Positions 49,001 through 62,387 of a stretch of 64,000 nucleotides of DNA are shown here, piece after piece. The number at the start of each line of letters is the position of its first letter. The stretch's first letter is position 1. The DNA is from Podarcis muralis (Eukaryota). The translations under genes and the position numbers were made by a program. The DNA is taken from positions 55,428,001 through 55,492,000 of the forward strand of contig NC_135667.1 of NCBI RefSeq assembly GCF_964188315.1, given 5' to 3'. The notes under the pieces were generated by a model, which did not search any database, was not told the DNA's origin, and was given only the letters and a program-made list of their open reading frames with translations.

Positions 49001-52000
49001 CAGGCTGAAAATCGCTGCGGTTGGTAGAATTGTAACTCTGAGCCAATTTAAGTCTTTGATCTTGCAAGCCCGCAAAAGTTATCGTACAGTCGCTAAAATC
49101 GCAAATTGCTATTCAATTGCTACAATTCCACAGGCACTTACACCCGTAAATGGCAAATGAAAAGTCTCAAGCTTGCAAATTGGCAATAAAACTTGACCAC
49201 TACACAGTGCGGTGAGATCTTTCAAAAGCTATTAGACAAATCAATGGGTGTGAAGTCTCTCAAAAGCGATTTGCCGTGATAGGTAAATGGAACCTGCAGG
49301 TTCAGAGGCAGCATATCTCTGGGTGGTCGCTCTCTAGTTTGTCCCAGAATCTACTAATCTCCTTTACATCCTGCTAGTCAACCTTCCAAGAGTATCTGGT
49401 CAGCGGCTCTTGGAAACAGAATTCTCAAGTATCTGTGTCTTTGATTTGACCCATCAGGAAAGTTCTCATGTTAAGGAATGGCTATTTATAATATTTATTC
49501 TTTTATTTCTGTATTAAAGTGGTGCTAAAATACCCAATAACCCTGGCCCACCTCCCAGCTGATCAATTTAAAGCCTATAGCCCTAGTTTTAATCCTGGAG
49601 ATCCTGGGTGATCGCATACTGCCTCGATATAGTTGGCACCTGCACAGCATGAGAATTTCTTTTGTATTCTAACCTTGGGCTATACAGTAAATAGATAGAT
49701 GAGAAGAACGCAGCGCGTCTCTTGAGAGAGTTTGCCTTTAGTGCCAGATACTAAGTGGACTGTCTTTTATAGGGTCTATATTCTTTCCTGGGCTGTGTCT
49801 GGGATACTGATGTGTGTTGACCTGAATCCGGGAATGTCTGCGATGCAGCTGTTCATGCTATCCAAAGCTGTTTCATGTGCATATAAATCAGGCCTGAATG
49901 ATCTGAATGCCTGAAAGCAGAAAGCAGGCTGGTCACTTTGCGATTGGTTTTCCCTGCTGAAACCAAGTATATAGAGAACTAGTCCAATGCCAGTTTTCAA
50001 ACACATTTGGAGCGCCTGAGCATGGGGACGCCAAGGAAAAATTTCCCCAACTGGCATTTTTGCCAGTTCCAGGAGAGGGTCATTAGCTACCAAGGCTGCA
50101 GTCAGCCCCAAATTTTGTTGCTGGAAAGCAAACTGCCTGGACTTCCACATGTGATGACAGCAGGTTCTGATGCTGTAGTCCAGCAAAATAAATGCAACAT
50201 AAAGAAGGGTATAAATACAAACTTTATAGGAGAATTAATAACAAGAAGCCAGCCAACCTTCAGCCAGTGTACTGAATCCTTTGCTAAAAGGCTGGCTGTG
50301 CCCTGGAATGGGTAGGCTTCCCTCACTTTTTTGATAAATTTTCTTCTATTTTGTGGATGATTCTGAAGAACTGCACTCATTTTGGGAGATCCATTGGTTG
50401 GCTCACAGCATTAGTTCTTGGACAGAACCTGTGTTGTAATACTGACCATGGAAGCTCAAATCAGTTTCCCTGTCGTCTTGTATTTTTTAGAGTTTAAAAT
50501 CCATAGTGGGTGCATTGGAAAGGATCACAAGGGCCATTCTAGTCCAACACAGGAATCTTTTGTCCAACGTGGGGTTCAAACCCACAAACCCACAACCCTG
50601 AAAATAAGAGTCATGACAGAGCTATGTGCTTGTGGTCACTCTACTGTGACAAGTATAATTGGGGTGGGACTTTTTAATCTTTTGCAGATGACAAAGATGT
50701 ATGTGTGGACAAGCTGGCTAGTTAAAAAAACCCAACAACACCTTGTATGTTACCAACTTTGGGGGACTAATTTGTGAGGCTTCCAAAGAGCTTTGCTCAG
50801 AATATCATGGGGGTTGCACATTATACTGGGTTTTTTGTATCAGTGATGGCCAGTTTTATTTATTTGCACTGCTGTCGTTATTATGTGGTAAAGTGAGGTG
50901 AATTGGATTGTGATGTGCTTCTTATTTTCCAGCATATTTCAGTGGGCGATAAGGGAGCATGAGTTGTTCAAACCAGCACATCAACATTGCTTCTACTCAT
51001 GTAACATTTGCTCAGCAAATGTGACGCTGTGTTGTGGATACAGGTTGACCTGAAGGCCGCTTTCAACTGCAGAGAGAGTATCCATTAATCACGATGCTAG
51101 GCTGCAACAGCTACATGCCAGGCAAACAGAAATCCTGAGAGTAGAGTTACGGCACAAGAATGGAAACATTGGCTTGTTAAATGCTAACCAAGCAACAGAT
51201 GAAGTGAGCACTTGGAGCTGCTTGGGACATGATTAAAAGAGGTAGCAAGGGATCTGGGCCAAAAGAGTACAGTGCAACTTATTAATTGCATCTTGTTACA
51301 GAATGGACTGCCATCAAAAAACAGTCTTTGCATGCTTTGACAGAGACGATAATTGGTGTGAAATTTATGTACTATATATAGGTAAAGGGAGACTTGTATT
51401 GCTAAAGGAGCCGAAGTTGATGTTACATGAAACCATTCCTCTTTTGAGTTTTCACGTTGACTTCAATGATGTGGTTGATATCTAGGATTTTATTTTGTTT
51501 TTAACTCCGGAAGGGGTAGGAAATGCAAGCATGCACCTCTTGCCCTTTTTCATCTCTTGGTATTTTACTTATCCCATTTGAAAGTTGTAGTGATGTGGGA
51601 ACGAGATTTTAACTTCTAAAACCATGTACGTAGCACAGAAACTTAGTTTTACGCACTAAGGCCTATTCTGAGAAAGTAGAATAGTAAATAGGACACCTCT
51701 AAAATATTGTCCAATTTTTGCCATTTCTACTTGTTGGGCAATTTTGTGAAACCCAGGTCCTCATATGTAAGATATGCAGAAGTAGCCCATAGATCAGACC
51801 GTAATCCCCTGTTGCTCTCTTCTTTCTGCTGGGTGCTGGTTTGCATAGGCAATAATTGTGCCTGGGGTCCACCATTGGCCAGGCTGACCAGGGTTGCTGG
51901 CAATCCAATGACTCTTGGAGGTCCACAGATGGGCCACCCCTACCCTAGAGCACCACTTCAAGACCCATTGGAGACCAGGGTGTGTGGGGTCTTCACTCAT

Positions 52001-52059
52001 TTTCAAATACAGTATCCTATTTCCCTGACCTCCAGCTGTGGACACCAGTGAATGCTGGA

Positions 52060-52548
52060 ATCATAGAATCATAGAATAGAATCATAGAGTTGGAAGAGAC
52101 CACAGGGGCCATCGAGTCCAACCCCCTGCCAAGCAGGAAACACCATCAGAGCACTCCTGACATATGGTTGTCAAGCCTCTGCTTAAAGACCTCCAAAGAA
52201 GGAGACTCCACCACACTCCTTGGCAGCAAATTCCACTGTCGAACAGCTCTTACTGTCAGGAAGTTCTTCCTAATGTTTAGGTGGAATCTTCTTTCTTGTA
52301 GTTTGGATCCATTGCTCCGTGTCCGCTTCTCTGGAGCAGCAGAAAACAGCCTTTCTCCCTCCTCTATGTGACATCCTTTTATATATTTGAACATGGCTAT
52401 CATATCACCCCTTAACCTCCTCTTCTCCAGGCTAAACATGCCCAGCTCCCTTAGCCGTTCCTCATAAGGCATCGTTTCCAGGCCTTTGACCATTTTGGTT
52501 GCCCTCCTCTGGACACGTTCGAGTTTGTCAGTGTCCTTCTTGAACTGT
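52060..52548 (-). mobile_element. CR1 LINE, 5'-truncated 3' fragment
   Basis: Minus [46 protein letters not shown]...[22 protein letters not shown]; (TTCTATGA)n tail at 52060-52088. Confidence 0.95.
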
Positions 52549-53208
52549 GGAAGCTCTCTTTGTTTTTGTCTCTGTTTGGACTGACTTCCCAAAGAATAAC
52601 TATGTGGGGTTGGGTGAGGTGAAGCTCAGAAGGACATGATTTTTTATTTTTTTAAAGAGCTCTTTAATTATAATCATGTTTCCTGCAAAACACCCCCCTG
52701 CAGAACAACTGTAGAAAAATCACCATAGCGACCAGTGCCGAGGTGAATTATAGCATCTGTTTACATTTTTAGGTTGCTAAACAGGAGATTAATATAGGAA
52801 GTGAAGGAAGCATGGCTGAACTTTTCCTCAGTGGGAAAATGAAGAGGCTGAATACAACAATGGCAGAAACTGAATTTAGCCAGGACACCTGAGTTAGTTT
52901 AACTTCCCTGTTTCCATCACAGCATTTGCCTGGAAACAAAAGCTTGGGGATCTGAATAACAACACCATTGCCTAACTTTTTATGGGCAAGGTGATTTTCA
53001 CACTACAATGCACTGGTAATATTTGAGGGCTTGTTCATATGGTGTTGTTTTTAAAAAAACCAACAAAAACTTGCGCAACTTTCAGTGTTGTAGTTGAATA
53101 TTGTTTTTCTCTAGAGAAACCATTTGGTTTGTAAAAAAATGTTCTTTCACATTCTCTACTTCCCTGAGGGACAGGAAGTTTCAGTGAAGCTGTTTTAGAG
53201 GCTCAAGT

Positions 53209-53944
53209 TGTGGTTCGAGGACCCGACCCCCGCGAAGTAAAATGAAGACACAGGGACACGTGTGGTTAATGGGCTAGAAAAGGCCACAACTTTATTGATT
53301 ACAGCAATGAAAAGGTATTGACTTAGGCATTGGATCGCGAAACAAGTGGGTTTATTCACCAGGGGTTCATCACCTGTTGATGCTAATCCAACTATAGGCT
53401 CACCCCTGATGTCACCGAGGGTTGTGCCATGGCCTCCCGCCAAGCAGGCTTCGGACGGAATACACGACCGCCAGATTCCTTTAACGGAATACCCCTAAAA
53501 ATTGAAGGCATAGGCGATGGCCACACCTAGCACTTCGACACACCACAACACATTATTCCAATGCCTAACCTATCCACCAATACCACCAAAACGTTGTGAC
53601 GATTGCTACGAGGTAGGCGAAAAAACCAAAAAGCCTAATGCCAAATGGAAAAACTCCTACCAGGCCCCCCGGGCAACCGGGGCGACCAACCTAAGGTCCA
53701 TAGCAAGGCCAATGACCTAAGCCTAACTCAAAGGGAGTGGAGGGTGGGTGACTCGCACAGGACGACAAAGAGAAATGAGGCCGGGGAGAGGCTGGCACTG
53801 CGGCATAAAGGCTGCTGGACACGCCCCCCCGTGGCACCTGGTTGGGTGGCCACCGGGGGGGGGGGGGCGTGAGCGCCAGCCAGGTGAGCTGGAGGCAGGG
53901 GGCAACGCCCCCTGCTAGGAGCGGTGTTCGGGCTCCCGTCCACA
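53209..53944 (-). mobile_element. LTR-like element (736 bp), related to 7858-8682, no TSD detected
   Basis: TGTGG...CCACA termini; minus-strand AATAAAGTTGTGGCC at 53282-53296; shared motif blocks. Confidence 0.65.
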
Positions 53945-54400
53945 ACCACTCCCCTCTCTTTCAGGGAGGAGAGTCTTTCCTTGCGAGGACTTTGTTCTGG
54001 GACATGTGCTGCCTTTTGTTATAAACTACTTATTTATAAAATGTGTGGGTCTCTCACATGGGCAACTACAAGTTTCAGAGCAACACCAGCTTGCTACCCT
54101 AATGTTTCTAGAAGTGGTTTTTGCCGGCCACAGGTCTCTTGGCACCTTTAATAAACAAGCTTTACTCTCACATTATTTTTATTTGTTCCTGCCTCGGGGG
54201 ATGGAGTCAATTAATAATTTACTTTATTGCAGGAACAAATGACAGGAAAGATGCCAGTTTGATCTGAACAACCCTTTATGTACGTGCTTTATGTGTTTTT
54301 ATCTTATGCTGGTCTATCATAATTGAGAGAATAAGTATTTGTACACCCAACTTCTACAGTTGCCCTATTGACTATTTAGCATGTGCTACTTATGGATGTA

Positions 54401-54747
54401 GGGATGCGGGTGGCGCTGTGGGTTAAACCACAGAGCCTAGGACTTGCTGATCAGAAGGTCGGCAGTTCGAATCCCCGCGACAGAGTGAGCTCCTGTTGCT
54501 CGGTCCCTGCTCCTGCCAACCTAGCAGTTCGAAAGCACCCTAAAAAGTAGATAAATAGGTACCGCTCCGGTGGAAAAGTAAACGGCGTTTCCGTGCACTG
54601 CTCTGGTTCGCCAGAAGCAGCTTAGTCATGCTGGCCACTTGACCCGGAAGCTGTATGCTGTCTCCCTCGGCCAATAAAGCGAGATGAGCGCCGCAACCCC
54701 AGAGTTGGCCACAACTGGACCGAATGGTCAGGGGTCCCTTTACCTTT
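54401..54747 (+). mobile_element. Full-length Sauria SINE
   Basis: Consensus-like body; TSD tacttatggatgta at 54387-54400 and 54748-54761. Confidence 0.95.
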
Positions 54748-57700
54748 TACTTATGGATGTAGGTGCTTTTGACAGAATGTCTCCTGATACAACGGGGCAA
54801 CTCTTTGGTGCAAGATTAGCTGCAGCTCTCTAATTGCCACACTTTTACCTTATGCTGACCTATGGCCATAATAAAGATTCCTCCTCCTCCTCTTCTTTCT
54901 TCTTCTTCACCTTTTTTTAAATTCTTCCCCAATTTAAAGCACACATGCGTGTGTCCGTACACCCTTCATGTAGAATTTTAATAGGCCAGGTAGAAGCATT
55001 ATTGTAATCCTTAATACGCTAGTTTGTACATAAGAAAGGTTTTCATGCTGTTTTCTCTCTCCAGCTTCCCGCCAGCCTGAAGTGCACAGCCAGAATTTTG
55101 ATCCCTCCTTTAGCACAATTTGTAGAATGGCTCTTAAAATGTCCAGGTTCCTGCATTGTGACATTGGCAACTAACTCTCTCATCTAGGCCTGCTAGAATA
55201 CTGTGGGTCTGGTTCACTGCGCTCCATTTTTAATCTTCTGGGTGTTATAATTTCACTGGCCTGATAGATGTTCCTGTCCTGTGGGTTCGTCCCACTGTTA
55301 TGGCTCCACTATTTTTAGAAGATGTCTGAGGCTTCTCTTGGTGTTTCTTGCTGTTCAGAATGGATGAGTACTTGTCTTCTATTTGTTTGCAGATTCTTCC
55401 TTGGCCCCAGCTGGAGATTAGGATGTAGCTAGCCTGGTTTATGCTAGGTTCTTTCTGGGCTCACTTAATAATGCTGCTCTCTTTAATTAACAATAAAGCC
55501 ATACCAGCTATGGTACCCTGCAAAAGTTACTTGGCACCCCCACTCCAAAACAAAAACCACCCAGGTATTCATATATTTAGAAAGTCTTTAATTAATGTTC
55601 ATTTTCCTTTCCTCCTTATTGGAGGTGTCTTTAACTGCTACTCACTATGGCAAATGAGGAAAGGTTTTATAAGCTGGAAAAGATTCCAGTTCTTCTTTTA
55701 TTCTTTTCTAGGCTCTCAGTGTGCCAGTGATATCTGACATATTTATAGGTTAGCAATGTTTGTGGATTCTGGAGCACTTTGCTGTTTCACAGAGGAAACA
55801 GCCCAAAGTGTGCAATCATCGGGGTATTATATCTCATGGCTCCCTGAATATGTACCTCTCCAATAAATGTGTTTACAAATACACCGAGGCTTTTTGGAAA
55901 CGAATATTATATTTTAGGTGTACACATAAAGCATCTTGGATATGTACACCTTAAAAAAATGTGATGTGCAAAGCAGCTCTTATTTGCAAGATTGATGGAG
56001 AGGCTCTGGAAAAAATAATGGGTCAGGCTCAAGAATCAACATCTTCAACTCGAAGGGCATGTTGGAACTGTTAGCGTGACGAATACAAGAGGCTCAAGCA
56101 GGTTCCTTGGAACGCTCACATTTGACATTGATGACCAAGAGCTCCCCAGGTTTTACAGAAATGAACTACCCCCATTGTTGGTGCAAGGGAGGAGAGCGCT
56201 GGGGCACAGACATCTGGTTACCGCTGTGAAAACTGCCCTGTGATCGGACCAAGGGCGGTATAGGAATTAATTAATTGAATTAATTAAATAAATACTGGGC
56301 TGGTCCAGTATTGTTCTTTTCCAGCATGTTCTTTTCTTCTCAACTCAAAATTTTATATTTATTTCAGAGATTTATATCCCACCCCAGGCAGCTCCTACAA
56401 CATGGTAAAACAACGGAAACTTAAATAGAAATGGAAAACAGAACAAAACCCATGTGTGTTTGTAAACACCCCTGGTTTGAAATTTTCTGCTGCTCCACAG
56501 AATAATGTGCCTTTTGCTCAGCTGAAACGAGTGCCAGCTTGTCCCATTTATGGAGGTTATCAGCTTGTGCTAGGTAGGCATCTAGCATAGCAGTAAAGTG
56601 CTGTTCCTTGCAGTGATTTGTGGTACCAGCCAAACGTTCATTTTTTTTATTCTGATACACTCATCTGTAAGGATTATAGGCTTATTAAATTAAAAAAATC
56701 AGTACATGGATTGTTTTTTTAGTCAATGACAGCCTTTTTCTTATTCATTCATATTTAATATCAGTAGAACTCCTAATTTAATGTCCCACAAGATAATGCC
56801 TCTCTTACAAATATATAATAATAATACAAATAAATAAATGGAAACATGAAAATGATGAGCGAGTGGCCTTGTAACAGGACAGCAGGTCATTGTGCTGTTG
56901 TTAATCCTGTTCAATTGCTGACTTGCTCTGTGCTTAACAATAGTGGGAAACTATATTGTTTAAAGAAATGCTGCGTTGTTTGGATATACTTCTCAGTAAA
57001 CACAAGAGGCCACAGGGCAGTGCATATGAGGCATGGCTTGGACGCTTTCAGCACTCCCTCCACTGGCCTGAGAAATGGCTTCATAGCAGGAAGACGGGCT
57101 GGATGCCACTCGGATGGTAGCTGCCATCATCAGTTCACGTGCTGCTGCATATCTTACAAAGGGATGTGACAGAGAAATGTGAAGGGGAAAGGGTGTCGTG
57201 GGGGTGAGTTAAGAGGGTCAGGAATAGACTGCAGTAGCAGCTTTCCCCCCACTTCCTCCCTCTCAAGGGGTGGAAACAGCCAACAAGCCAGTAGTGAGCC
57301 ACAAAATTCCCAGTTAGGAACAACCTATTTAGATATAAAAACTTTATTAAATAATTGTTATGCTAACAACAACAATAACATGACTGAGGATTCTGAAATA
57401 AGATGTTCACACCTGCAAATTCCACCATGATTTGAGTGTTTTCAGTACTAGAGTACCTGAGAGCAAACCGTTCATCTGAGAAAGTGATTTCAAAAATGGA
57501 GAAAGTATGGATAATTTAAGAGTATACAAACCAAAACATGAGAGCAAGCCTGAGCAAGTGAGCTCAAGATGTTGGAAATATTATTTCTGAGAGAAACTCT
57601 GGAAGCAGTTCTCATTTAAATGCAAGCTTAACAGAAAATTGCTTTAAGGTAATGTTGAGATGGTACCTAATTCTAGCAGTGACCAATAGAAGAAATAGTA

Positions 57701-58822
57701 AATATCCAAAAAAAGATGTTGGGAAAGAAGCAGGAGGCTAATATTATATGTGGTGGAAATACTGTAGAGTGCAGAAACATCTAACAGGAATCAGAAGTGG
57801 GGAGAGCGTGTTCCACCTCCCCATGCACTTCCAGAATGGTTGGTTGATTAGGATGGGGAGCCTGTGGCTGGAATACATTTCCTAACATCCCTGACCGTGC
57901 TGGCTGGAAGTTACAGTCAAGCAACATCTGGAGGGCCACATCTGGAGGGCCATTCCTGGCTTGAGCGCTTAGTGGCGCAATGCAACAGAAACAGGCAATA
58001 TCCATCTACAATGCACAGTCTGAGCCAGCCGTCTTCTTGCTGGAGCCCCTTTCGTCCTCCGTTGGGCTCCCTCTGCCGGCAGGGCCCACCTGACACCCGA
58101 GCCCCACTGGGGCCCTCGCAAGAGCAGGAAGCCCTGTCCACCCCACCTCCCCGCAAAAAGCCCTGTGTTGCTGCCCAGTCCTGCCCTTTGAATGGCTGCT
58201 GCCCTCAGCCAGGGCTTGCTTGGAAACCTCTAGTCCTGTGAAAAATAAACTGGGCTTATTTACTTCTGAGTTTAAAAATAAACCTTGCCCTCTTCTTTAA
58301 GCCTCTTTCCTCCGTTCTCCCCTTCTGCATGTTTGTGTGCGTTTGTGTCTCCCTTCTCCCTTCTATTACTTTGTTCCGTAAAATTTTATCCATTCTTTCT
58401 AGTTTGGCTTGGTTTATAAAAGAAAAGAAACAATCAAATAACTGGTATTCTGGGATATACATATACATTCAACTAAAACTCGATAGTGAATTATATTTGA
58501 ATATCTAAAAGCATGACACAGAATTGGCTTCTTGTTTAGTAATGTAATTAAAGTTTTAGGGAACATCCTCTTACAATAACTTTGATATCTGTGCTACTAA
58601 TTACTTCTGCAGCTTTAATTTTAGAGAATATGTGTTAATTTAAAATTATCTCTATTATAAAATTACAGTTGTAGTAATATGCTAAAGGTAATTTAAAACA
58701 TTATCAGTTCTAGACTCCTAAATATTAGCAGCTGCCAAGATATTACCCCGTTCTACATAGATCCATCCTTATTTCAGACATTGTAATGTATTGGTATATC
58801 ACAATGTTTAGCAGGTGATATA

Positions 58823-59064
58823 CAGTGGTACCTCGGGTTACAGACGCTTCAGGTTACATACGCTTAAGGTTACAGACTCCACTAACCCAGAAATATTAAC
58901 TCGGGTTAAGAACTTTGCTTCAGGATGAGAACAGAAATCGCTTGGCGGCGGCGCAGCATCAGCGGGAGGCCCCATTAGCTAAAGTGGTGCTTCAGGTTAA
59001 GAACAATTTCAGGTTAAGAACGGACCTCCAGAACGAATTAAGTTCTTAACCCAAGGTACCACTG
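58823..59064 (-). mobile_element. Family A MITE, 242 bp, inverted
   Basis: Same TIRs, TA TSD. Confidence 0.92.
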
Positions 59065-60160
59065 TATCACGATGTTGAAAACCAGACATTGCTCAGCCCT
59101 AGCATGAAATACGAGTTTGTGCATTTTGGCAGATGTTTACTAATAAACAGCTGTGGTGCCTTAATAGCAGCAAATGCGTTGCAAGTGAATGTCAAGGTCT
59201 CCCCCCCCCCATGTCATCTCCCCCTCCTCCTTCATTCCTTTCATGTTCCTCCAGCAAATTATTTCTCTCCTCCTCCTCTTCTTCTTTTTTAAACACCAAA
59301 CAATGTGGCTTCTGAGGGGCAAAAGCATTGAAGTTTATTGAAGCTCTAAACATTTTCTCCCCATGGGAACCAAACTGACTTCTTTGTCCTTTGATCCCAG
59401 ACAATAATTTACGCAAATTGCCACAGAGTTGGACATGATCTGTTTGTGTATAAACTGGCCCTTTAACGTTATATTTATGAGCGAAATGAAGTGAAGTTTC
59501 TCATGAACTGAACTACTTGAGGCGAGAGAGTCACAGGGTGCTCCGCAACCTCCACCCCCCTCTTGGCATGCAGAAAATGTCCGGGAGATTTCTGGGCTGC
59601 ACCTTTTCCCCTAGTGCATTAGTTTTCTACATGCAGAGAGTTGGGAAACATTCAGATATGCGGTCTGAAGTGATGCAGACCAGGAAAAGCTGTATCACAC
59701 AATTGCATGTTCTTGGATAAATGGTCCTCAGCCTGTCAGCACTACAAACAAGATAGGTCCCCAAGCTAATTAGTCTGTGGCCCAGTTAGCTAACCATGGC
59801 TTAGCTGCAGGTAGCAAGGTGACATGACAAATTGAATTTGTCAATTTTTTTACAACGATTCCCCACATGTTCATGCATCACCATAGTTTGGCTTAGTGTT
59901 ATGTGCAAATCAAGCCTATATAACTCCTGTTTGAATGTGTTATACGGGGAGCGAGTCAATGAGGAAATAAGGTGCAGTTGGAATGAGGTGAGATCATGAA
60001 AACTGAGCTGTATTCAAGGTGCATGATATATCTACCTGCTCTTCTATCCTACCTTGTCTATAAAAAGCATACCTGCTGTATGTTACAATAACCAGACTAA
60101 TTGTCCCTGGAAGATAATCAGTCTCGCTGCAGGACGGCTCAGTAACAAGGATGGAGTAAC

Positions 60161-60789
60161 TTCTTCTTTGGCGATCACTCATAGCCCAGTAAAAGGACGC
60201 AGGTGGCGCTGTGGGTTAAACTACAGAGCCTAGGACTTGCTGATCAGAAGGTCGGCAGTTCGAATCCCCACGACGGGGTGAGCTCCTGTTGCTCGGTCCC
60301 TGATCCTGCCAACCTAGCAGTTCAAAAGCACATCAAGGTGCAAGTAGATAAATAGGTTCCGCTCCGACGGGAAGGTAAACGGCGTTTCCGTGCGCTGCTC
60401 TGGTTTGCCAGAAGCGGCTTAGTCATGTTGGCCACATGACCCGGAAGCTGTACACCGGCTCCCTCGGCCAATAAAGAGAGATGAGCGCCGCAACCCCAGA
60501 GTCGGCCACAACTGGACCTAATGGTCAGAGGTCCCTTTACCTTTCCCACAGCCCAGTAAGGTTGTCTTCTATGAACACGGTTTTAACAGTGTGTCTGTAA
60601 GTGATCATGGAGGCCAATTCTGGATCCACACGTCCTTCCACATTGGGGACATAGGTTTCCGGGCAGGAGTTGATCAGGGTGAGGGTTTGCCAAACGTGAC
60701 TTCCTTTTAGCATGTTTCTCCCTTTTGTCCTGAGCTCGAGCGTCTTCAAAGCCCATGACACCTTTGGTCAAGGCTGTAACAAGGGGGTT
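60161..60789 (-). mobile_element. RTE-clade LINE 3' fragment (non-BovB-like C-terminus), interrupted by a Sauria SINE
   Basis: Minus ORF ends ...CPQCGRTCGSRIGLHDHLQTHC, an RTE-type C-terminal zinc finger; (GAA) tail; 18-bp TSD taacaaggatggagtaac at 60143-60160 and 60790-60807. Confidence 0.85.
60193..60549 (+). mobile_element. Full-length Sauria SINE nested in the RTE 3' UTR
   Basis: TSD agcccagtaa at 60183-60192 and 60550-60559. Confidence 0.93.
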
Positions 60790-60814
60790 TAACAAGGATG
60801 GAGTAACAAGGGGG

Positions 60815-61160
60815 AAACCACTGAGCCTCTTGGCCCTGCTGATTGGAAGGTCGGCGGTTCAAATCTGTGCGACGGCGTGAGCTCCTATTGCTCTGTCCCA
60901 GCTCCCGCTAACTTGGCAGTTCGAAAGCACACCAGTGCGAGTAGATATATAGGCACCGCTGTGGCGGGAAGGTGAACAGCGTGTCTGTGCACTCTGGCTA
61001 AAGGCACGGTGTTCCGTTGTGCCAGAAGTGGTTTAGACATGCTGGCCACACGACCCGGAAAGCTGTCTGTGGACAAACGCCTGCTCCCTTCGCCTGAAGC
61101 AGGATGGGTGCTGCACCCCATAGTTGCCTTTGACTGGACTTAACTTCTTCTTTTTTTACC
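60815..61160 (+). mobile_element. Older, 5'-truncated Sauria SINE of a different subfamily
   Basis: Diverged body (aaaccactgagcctcttgg..., acccggaaagctgtctgtggacaaacg); flanked by tttaacaaggatgg at 60788-60801 and 61161-61174. Confidence 0.8.
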
Positions 61161-61909
61161 TTTAACAAGGATGGCTTTAAAATCTGACTCTTGGACCATT
61201 GGTGTGGAGTCACTAGTCCAGGTCATTCTCCTGTTCATTTTCCACTCTCATGTGCAAAATAGTAAGTCGATAAAGCAGCAGAAAATTATTGAAAAGAGCA
61301 GCTGTTGATGCTTTTTGGTTTGGAGAATTTTTTCTGCTTTGTGTTTACTTTTGGGGATGTTTCTGTGGTCTGTTTATATCACAGTTCTTTGTTGCTTGGA
61401 GTGACAACACATTCCATACTACTTGGAGTGCTTTGCTTGGTTATTCTAAATTGGCCTTTCTTGGTTAGAGGTTAATATTCCAGATAGATTCCTTCCAGCA
61501 CTGTTTCTCTTGAACATGCTGGTGTGTCCACAGGGCCCCTTTAATTTAAGACAACAGCAGTTTGCAGGCTTTTATAGGAGGTGGGACAAACTGCCAGCTA
61601 GGTTCCTTTTTCCTTTCTTTTCTGCCACAACAATGTGATTTATCAACCAAACAGCTTTGGCTGGGGGGGGGGGCAGCTTTGAGGGTGACTCCCTTAATGC
61701 CAGCCTCTGCTTCCTTCTCTTACATATTTGGAACTGGAATTCTTGTTCAGCTTGATTGGCAGACGAAATACAGATGTCGTTTCCTGGCTCTGTCGTTTTC
61801 CTTTGCAGGCAAAGAAAGAGCAGTTGTGAGCAGTTGCAACCAAGCCAGTTTCATAAGTTACAAAGAAATGCAGCCCATAGCTTGTATTGCTGTAGTCTGT
61901 TCACCTCTT

Positions 61910-62387
61910 AGCTGCAAGATGGTTGAGAAACTTCAGCTGGTGCAAAATTCATTGACCAGGTTGCTTACTGGGACAAGATGGTTTGAGCATATAGCACCAA
62001 TTCTGGCCCAACTGCACTGGCTGCCATTCAAAGTGCTGGCTTTGCCTTGTGAAAGGCTTAAAACCTCAAGGACTGCTTCTCTCCATAAGAAGCAACCTGG
62101 ACCCTGCGATCCTAATCTGAGGCCCTTCTTTCTGTGCTCTCCCCAAGGAGGCGCTCCTGACATCTTCATTATACGCCTTTAGGCGCCAGGCAAAAACTTT
62201 CCTTCATAACGAGGCCTTTAGCTGATTAACATTCTATGACTTTTAAAATGTGTTTGTGGGCGAGGGTTATTGGTTTGTTTGTTTGTTTGTTTGTTTGGTG
62301 TGGTTTTTTGCTATGTTATGTATTTTGTGTTTTTGTTTTGTAGATCGCCCTGCAATCTTCAAATGAAGGGCAGTATATAAATAAATA
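61910..62387 (+). mobile_element. L2 3' fragment
   Basis: KLQLVQNSLTRLLTGTRWFEHIAPILAQLHWLP followed by an L2-type 3' UTR and TAAA tail. Confidence 0.85.

Noticed and set aside
52146-52592. 148-aa minus ORF as a host gene
   Set aside because: It is the C-terminus of CR1 ORF2 in a truncated insertion.
61562-62182. 206-aa + ORF
   Set aside because: Chance fusion of unique sequence with an L2 ORF2 remnant; starts with a non-ATG codon.
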